A stretch of DNA of 64,000 bases, from positions 1 through 64,000 of the IMG/VR virus record IMGVR_UViG_3300031746_000004; one strand, given 5' to 3'. Within the stretch, counting starts at the first letter, position 1. Every line of letters starts with the position of its first letter. The notes under the pieces were generated by a model. It was not told the DNA's origin, ran no database searches, and saw only the letters and a list, made by a program, of their open reading frames with translations. The translations under genes were made by a program, and so were the position numbers. Positions 58,329-64,000 of the stretch are shown here, piece after piece. This stretch comes from a virus. Its lineage: Duplodnaviria > Caudoviricetes.

Positions 58329-59468
58329 ATGATTAGTTTAGGAGTACTCACATACAATACAGAACAACCACTACCAATGAGCACCATTGCATCGGTTATA
58401 TATGAAGGAGCACCAGCTTTTTCTTATCAACGTAAAAGTTTTTATGCAAATGGAAGATTTTGGGTATTTTGGAGCAATGGAAGACAGGCAGCAGGAGATT
58501 TTAATATTTTATATTCTACTTCAATAAATGGTATAATTTGGACTTCTCCAATAATTATTAGACCCTGTATCAATAGTACAATGTTTTCGATTTGGTTTGA
58601 TAATACTTATGTGCATTATGCTTATGCTGATAAAACTAAAATTTATTATCGGAGAGGAATTCCAAATGTAGATGGAACAATTACTTGGAGTGCAGCAGAA
58701 CAAGTTATATCCACTACATATAATCGGGCATCTTTTCCAATGGTATCTATTGATAGTAATGGTTATGTATGGGTGGGTTATCTTGATTGGACTGGAGCAT
58801 CTGGAAGTGGCTATTATGCCTATGTTATTAAGTCTGGTAATAATAATGGAACGTGGGGAATAACTCCTTCTGGTTTTCCCTACAGATGTCCAGGCACTTC
58901 TGTAAATGTAGCTAAAGCAACTGTTATTCCTTTAACTTTGGGTAAAGTACTTATTATTTATTGTACTTATATGAATAGGAGTTTTAGAAGTCAATACTGG
59001 AATGGTTCTACTTGGAGTGGAGAAAAAGCACTTTCATCTGTTCCTTACGGTACTTGGGCACATTCAGCAGTTGCAGAAGGTGATGATGTTCATCTTACCT
59101 TTTTGCAGAAAACTACGTATAATATTCAATATGCAAAGTATACTTACGCTATAGATAGTTGGTCTACAGAAGAGACTATACAAATAGCAGCAACCTCACA
59201 AAGCGACCCAGTTTTATGTAGAGATATTATTTCTAATAATTTATATTGTTTTTGGTTTAAAAGTCCAGATTCAAATACTATTTATTATAAGAAAAGAATT
59301 AATGGAACATGGGATAGCAATCCTATTACTTGGATAACAGATATTTTAACCCTATCTGATAATCGTTTAAATTGTTTTTATAATAGTTATTCTGGAAAAA
59401 TAGGAATAATGTATTGTTCTAAGACAACCAGTCCATTTGATTTAAGATTTACACATTTAATAATTTAG
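58329..59468 (+). CDS. Beta-propeller (BNR/sialidase-like) virion protein
   Basis: YSTS.NG..W, KS.NNNGTW Asp-box-like repeats. Confidence 0.7.
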   Translation: MISLGVLTYNTEQPLPMSTIASVIYEGAPAFSYQRKSFYANGRFWVFWSNGRQAAGDFNILYSTSINGIIWTSPIIIRPCINSTMFSIWFDNTYVHYAYADKTKIYYRRGIPNVDGTITWSAAEQVISTTYNRASFPMVSIDSNGYVWVGYLDWTGASGSGYYAYVIKSGNNNGTWGITPSGFPYRCPGTSVNVAKATVIPLTLGKVLIIYCTYMNRSFRSQYWNGSTWSGEKALSSVPYGTWAHSAVAEGDDVHLTFLQKTTYNIQYAKYTYAIDSWSTEETIQIAATSQSDPVLCRDIISNNLYCFWFKSPDSNTIYYKKRINGTWDSNPITWITDILTLSDNRLNCFYNSYSGKIGIMYCSKTTSPFDLRFTHLII

Positions 59469-59477
59469 GGGAATAAA

Positions 59478-60032
59478 ATGATTATTTTAACTTATTTTAC
59501 AGAAAACAACATTCCAAAAACAGGATTATCACCCACTATAAGAATTAGAAATGCCTCTACAGGCATTTTAATAATAACAGATGAATTAATGTCTGAAGTA
59601 GGTGATGGATTTTATAAATATGAATTTGTGGGTTATGATTCTTCTATTGATTATGCAATTCGATGTGATGGTGGAATGAGTTTATCAAATGATGAACGTT
59701 ATTCTTATGCTGGAAATGATGTAGACCAAACTGAAGAAATTTGGTCAAATACGATAAGAACTTTAACTTCAGGAACTAAAGATTCTGAAATAGATGCAAT
59801 AAAAACCCAAACAGATAAAATACCTAGAATTTTAGGTTTAAATATGGAAAATCACAGAATATTTTCTCCAACTTATGATGCGAATAATTGTTTAACGAGT
59901 GCAACGATAAAAATATATCCTACCAAAGCAGATTGTATAGCTGACACAAATTCAATAGCAACTTATTCGATGGTAGCAACATTCGATAGTGAAAGTAAAT
60001 GTTTAACCTATAGAATGACTCGTGAGATTTAA
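59478..60032 (+). CDS. Virion-associated hypothetical protein
   Basis: PKTGLSPTI...MSEVGDGFYKY motif. Confidence 0.65.
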   Translation: MIILTYFTENNIPKTGLSPTIRIRNASTGILIITDELMSEVGDGFYKYEFVGYDSSIDYAIRCDGGMSLSNDERYSYAGNDVDQTEEIWSNTIRTLTSGTKDSEIDAIKTQTDKIPRILGLNMENHRIFSPTYDANNCLTSATIKIYPTKADCIADTNSIATYSMVATFDSESKCLTYRMTREI

Positions 60033-60707
60033 ATGAAAAAATGTACGGATTGTAATAAAGAAATAAATTATCGAGCAATAAGATGTAGAGAATGTGATAA
60101 TTTAAATAGAAAAATAAAATATAAAGGCGAAAATAATCCAGCATTTATTGATGGTAGAACTTTAAAAAAATATTATTGTCTTATATGTAATAAAGAACTA
60201 AGTTGTTATCAAACAAAAACAAATATGTGCCAATCTTGCGAAAATAAAGAAAAATATAAAAACCCAAAAAATCATCCAAATTATAAAGACGGTAGAAGTT
60301 TAGAAATTAAATTTTGTATCGATTGTGGACAAGAAATAGAATATAGAGCAATGAGATGTTCAAGTTGCGAAACCAAAAGGAGATATATTTTAGGTATTTT
60401 AAGTCCAGAAAAAACTCAACCAGAAATAAAATTACAAAAATTATTAAAAAGATTATTTCACAAAAAATATAAATTTGTAGGAAATGGAATATATTGGATA
60501 ACCAATTTTAATCCAGATTTTGTAAATATAAAAAATAAAAAGATTATAGAACTTTATGGCGATTATTGGCATAATAGACAAGATATTAAAGAAAAAGATA
60601 AATTAAGAATTCCTACTTATAAGAAATATGGTTATAAAATTCTTATTGTTTGGGAACATGAATTAGAAGATTTAAATGAATTAATCAAAAAATTAAGGAA
60701 ATTTTAA
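60033..60707 (+). CDS. Vsr/DUF559-like PD-(D/E)XK endonuclease with zinc ribbons
   Basis: TQPE, PDFV, IIELYGDYWH, GYKILIVWEHE. Confidence 0.85.
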   Translation: MKKCTDCNKEINYRAIRCRECDNLNRKIKYKGENNPAFIDGRTLKKYYCLICNKELSCYQTKTNMCQSCENKEKYKNPKNHPNYKDGRSLEIKFCIDCGQEIEYRAMRCSSCETKRRYILGILSPEKTQPEIKLQKLLKRLFHKKYKFVGNGIYWITNFNPDFVNIKNKKIIELYGDYWHNRQDIKEKDKLRIPTYKKYGYKILIVWEHELEDLNELIKKLRKF

Positions 60708-60982
60708 TGGATGAATTTAAATCGATTATAGATTATATTGTTCAACAAGAATCAAGAAAAACAGTTGGTATCCTCTTAAAAAGAATAGAATTATCAGTAG
60801 AATTAGCTAAAAAAGAAAATAGAGATTATCTAACTTTTCAAGAAGTTGAAGGATTAAAATCTCAAATAAAAGAGGCGACCTATGAGGCATATAGGAATAT
60901 AAGAGATTTTTTAAATACTGGTAAAATTATACTTGTAAATGCAAATGAACAAAAACGTAAGGAAAACCTAAAAAAGGAGTAA
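60707..60982 (+). CDS. Hypothetical protein
   Basis: ORF in operon. Confidence 0.6.
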   Translation: MDEFKSIIDYIVQQESRKTVGILLKRIELSVELAKKENRDYLTFQEVEGLKSQIKEATYEAYRNIRDFLNTGKIILVNANEQKRKENLKKE

Positions 60983-60985
60983 GGA

Positions 60986-61618
60986 ATGGAAGATAATCAT
61001 ATGGAAGAAGCAAAAAAAATAGTCGAAGAAATGGATAAAGATATAAATTTAAAAAGAGCAGAAGAACTTATTAGAGATAATAAGATTCAATTTGAATATA
61101 AAGATAAACAATATAGAGTTCGTATGCTTAATTTAAAAGAAAAGGAAGAATTAGATATGCTTCGTAGAAAAAAATTTGGACAACTTATTCAGGATAAAGA
61201 TATTCTTCTCGAAAAAGACCTTATTAAAGTACTTAAAACAAGAGATATAGATGTAGATAAAATTAATGACGATATAAAAAAATTAGAAGTTGGAGAATTA
61301 GATTTACAAATAAAATTAGGAGAAGCTATTTCTAAAAACGAAAATGAAACTATTTTAAAAAGATATAAAGAGCAAATCGAAGAAATAAGATTAAAAATAG
61401 CAATATTAAATACTCAAAAAACTTTAATATTAGAATTTAGTTTAGAAAATCAACTTTTAAATTATATTTCGCAAATAATTACTTATTTGAGTGCAGATAT
61501 TTTAGAAGATGGAATTTGGAGAAGGATGTTTAATTCTTTGGTAGAATTTCAAAGTTATTCAGACGAATCTTTAATTAATAGAGCAGGGCAAATGAGTATG
61601 ATTTTGCAGTATATTTAA
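60986..61618 (+). CDS. Putative tail assembly chaperone
   Basis: Position upstream of tape measure; helical. Confidence 0.55.
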   Translation: MEDNHMEEAKKIVEEMDKDINLKRAEELIRDNKIQFEYKDKQYRVRMLNLKEKEELDMLRRKKFGQLIQDKDILLEKDLIKVLKTRDIDVDKINDDIKKLEVGELDLQIKLGEAISKNENETILKRYKEQIEEIRLKIAILNTQKTLILEFSLENQLLNYISQIITYLSADILEDGIWRRMFNSLVEFQSYSDESLINRAGQMSMILQYI

Positions 61619-61622
61619 AAAT

Positions 61623-61961
61623 ATGAATATATGGTATAATATCAGGTTATTAGCTAAGAGTATAAAGGCTCAAAATTTATTTGCAGCAGCAAAAGAAATT
61701 TCAAGTATTAAATTATTTAAAAATAATTTTAATTTTTCTAAAATACAAGAATTATATCTTAACTATTTATATATGTACGATGCTATTTTAAAAGATATAA
61801 TTACCGAAAATATTAGTAAACATGTAATAGACAATGAAATTTATGAAGATGCTTATATGTTATGGCGAAAAGAAAATAGATACAAAAAACAAAAATCACA
61901 AGATAAAAATAAAGGCATTCATTTGGTTGCTGGAAACAAAATAAAATTTAAAGAGGGATAA
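61623..61961 (+). CDS. Putative second tail assembly chaperone
   Basis: Directly before tape measure. Confidence 0.5.
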   Translation: MNIWYNIRLLAKSIKAQNLFAAAKEISSIKLFKNNFNFSKIQELYLNYLYMYDAILKDIITENISKHVIDNEIYEDAYMLWRKENRYKKQKSQDKNKGIHLVAGNKIKFKEG

Positions 61962-61965
61962 TACT

Positions 61966-64000
61966 ATGCCAAGTGGAGATTTTCTCGCACGTATAAAATT
62001 AGCATTGGAAGGAAAAGAAAAAGTCGTAAGTGGGTTATCAGAAACACAACGTGCTGCTCAACAACTTGCCAAGACTAAAGTAACTACTACCTTCGATAAA
62101 GAAGGTCTAGCTACAGGTAAACAAATAGAAGAAACTTTTAAAAATATAACTCCAGCAGCATCGAAAGCCTCTGGTATGATGAACGATTTTACCAAAGCAT
62201 TATCTAGAGTTATAATAGTAGCTCCTATTTGGATGGCTTTTAGAGCAATTTTACAAAGTACAATGGCTTTACTTAGTGAAGGATTTAAAACATGGGAAGA
62301 TTTTGATAGACAATTAATAAAATCTAAAGCTGTTATTCACGATTATTCTGGAACTACTGACCAAGCTATGGTTGTCTTAGAAGATAGAATTAGAACTTTT
62401 TCTAAAGAATCAGGAATAGCTTTAGACCAACTAACTTCTTCTTTTTATAGATTCGGAACTGTAGGAATAGCTTTCGAAGATGCTTTATCAGGAGCAATTG
62501 CTTCGGCAAAATTAGCCAAAGCAACTTTAGGAGACGTAGATACAATTTCTCGTTCTTTAGCTATGACTTATAGATTGTTAGGAGATACAATAGATAATAG
62601 TCTATCTCCTATGCAAAAACAAGAAAGTTTAGCAGGTAAAATTTTTCATTTATGGAAATCTAACGCTTTCGAAGCAAACGAATTTGCTGCTTCTTTAAAT
62701 AATTTTGTTTCTACAGCTAACATCGCAAATTTTACTGCAGACCAAACAGTTGCAACTTTAGCTGCGTTAGGTACAGCAGGTGTTCAGGGTTCGAGAGGTG
62801 GTGCTTTATTAAAAACATCTATATTTAAATTAATAGAAAATATGGATAAATTAGCAGGAAGTTTAGGATTAGCAGTCAATCCTGAATTAGAAACAACATT
62901 TGGTCTTTTTACGAGAGTATTAGATAAAATAAATTTATTAAGCCAAACTAAAGGAATTCCTGCAGAAGCAATGAAAGATATACAAGAAATATTTGGTGGG
63001 GTAAGAGGAGCACAAGCAATTTCTGCTTTAAATGCTTTACTCCCTGAATTAAAACAAAATTTAATAGATTTAGGAAAAGACCCTCAACAATTTATAGCAG
63101 GATTAAACGAAAGATTTGAAGAAGTAAAAAGTACAGTTAGTGGACAATTAGATATTTTTAGAAATTTAAGAACTCAAATCGGCGAATCGTTTGTCAAGGC
63201 TTTATTAGGAGCAGATGATTTTAAAATAGCTTTAGAAGGTATTAATTACGATATGGAAAAAATGATGGAAACAGCAAAAAATATAGGAGAAGTACTTTAT
63301 TTTTTCCATAATCCAGTAAAAGTAGCCGAACAAGATTTTATAAACATAACAAAAGAAGAAGCAAAATTTAATAAATATATATCCGATGGAATTAAAGGTG
63401 CATTATCTTTAGCAGATACTATAAAATTAATGTCTTTAATTGAAGTTACTGAAGAAACAGAAAAATTAGTGAATAAACTTAGAAAAGTAGCTGTAGAAAT
63501 GGTAAAAGATTCGAATACAGCTATAGAACTTGAAAAAGAATTACAAAGAGTTGCAGATATATATAATAAAACATATAAATTAAGAGACGAATCAGCAGAT
63601 AGAAAACTATCTCCCGAAGCACAACGTAAAGTAGAATTAGTTAAAACGGAATATGAAATACTAAAAAAACAGAAAGCAGGAGTAGAGGATACAGTTATAG
63701 CTTATGAAAAAATGAATAATTTTATTAATATTTTAGTAGACGAATATAATAAATTAGAATCAGCAAATGGAAAAACAGTAGAACAAATTAATAAACAATC
63801 AATAAAAACTGCACTTTTAAAAGGAGATTTCGAAAAAATTAATGATATATTTAAAGAAAGAAAATTATCAGAAGAAGAATTAAATTCTTTAATAAAAATT
63901 TATTCGGATATAAATAAAAGTACTTTATCCGACGTGGAAAAAAGATTAGGAATAAATTCTTCTTTATTAAGAATAGCAAACGAAGAAGAATCAGCTATTA
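61966..64000 (+). CDS. Tape measure protein (TP901-like), partial; not in the ORF track
   Basis: ATG at 61966 (MPSGDFLARIKLALEG...); frame appears open to the window end; Ala/Gly-rich helical, LGTAGVQGSRGG motif. Confidence 0.88.
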   Translation, partial: MPSGDFLARIKLALEGKEKVVSGLSETQRAAQQLAKTKVTTTFDKEGLATGKQIEETFKNITPAASKASGMMNDFTKALSRVIIVAPIWMAFRAILQSTMALLSEGFKTWEDFDRQLIKSKAVIHDYSGTTDQAMVVLEDRIRTFSKESGIALDQLTSSFYRFGTVGIAFEDALSGAIASAKLAKATLGDVDTISRSLAMTYRLLGDTIDNSLSPMQKQESLAGKIFHLWKSNAFEANEFAASLNNFVSTANIANFTADQTVATLAALGTAGVQGSRGGALLKTSIFKLIENMDKLAGSLGLAVNPELETTFGLFTRVLDKINLLSQTKGIPAEAMKDIQEIFGGVRGAQAISALNALLPELKQNLIDLGKDPQQFIAGLNERFEEVKSTVSGQLDIFRNLRTQIGESFVKALLGADDFKIALEGINYDMEKMMETAKNIGEVLYFFHNPVKVAEQDFINITKEEAKFNKYISDGIKGALSLADTIKLMSLIEVTEETEKLVNKLRKVAVEMVKDSNTAIELEKELQRVADIYNKTYKLRDESADRKLSPEAQRKVELVKTEYEILKKQKAGVEDTVIAYEKMNNFINILVDEYNKLESANGKTVEQINKQSIKTALLKGDFEKINDIFKERKLSEEELNSLIKIYSDINKSTLSDVEKRLGINSSLLRIANEEESAI

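Noticed and set aside
37646-60144. Minus-strand or nested ORFs in the right arm (e.g. 40786..41022, 48592..48954, 50509..50736, 58672..58863)
   Set aside because: They overlap strong + strand structural genes; low-information translations.
60986-61961. Programmed frameshift between tail chaperones
   Set aside because: No convincing slippery heptamer at the end of the first ORF, and the second has its own ATG; cannot be supported.

Overview
AT-rich (roughly 27% GC by eye) segment of a tailed dsDNA bacteriophage, probably a siphovirus, with two divergent arms. The left arm (1-35.1 kb, - strand) holds early, replication and DNA-modification genes: amidoligase plus class II glutamine amidotransferase, a DUF932-like protein, a secreted collagen, a RuvB-like ATPase, a tyrosine recombinase, a phage sigma factor, a SpoVG-like protein, a T4-style clamp and clamp loader, a nucleoside deoxyribosyltransferase-like protein, a dATP/dGTP diphosphohydrolase-like protein and two DNA methyltransferases. 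It also has a compact thymidine-hypermodification cluster (P-loop kinase, amino acid:DNA transferase, PLP enzyme) with TWO radical SAM enzymes, one split by a mini-intein inside its CxxxCxxC motif. A ~2.1 kb non-coding centre carries promoters, IHF-like 25-bp palindromes, back-to-back inverted repeats and ~600 nt of densely structured + strand RNA. The right arm (37.2-64 kb, + strand) is the virion operon: fibre genes sharing a C-terminal module, a PIG-L deacetylase and glycosyltransferase, portal with a ChaB-like C-terminus, protease/scaffold, major capsid, neck, major tail, chaperones and a partial tape measure. About 11 free-standing homing-endonuclease-like genes are scattered throughout, three of them internally collapsed. 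No terminase, DNA polymerase, thymidylate-synthase-family gene, tRNA or CRISPR array was recognised in the window. All family assignments come from motif recognition by eye; no searches were run.
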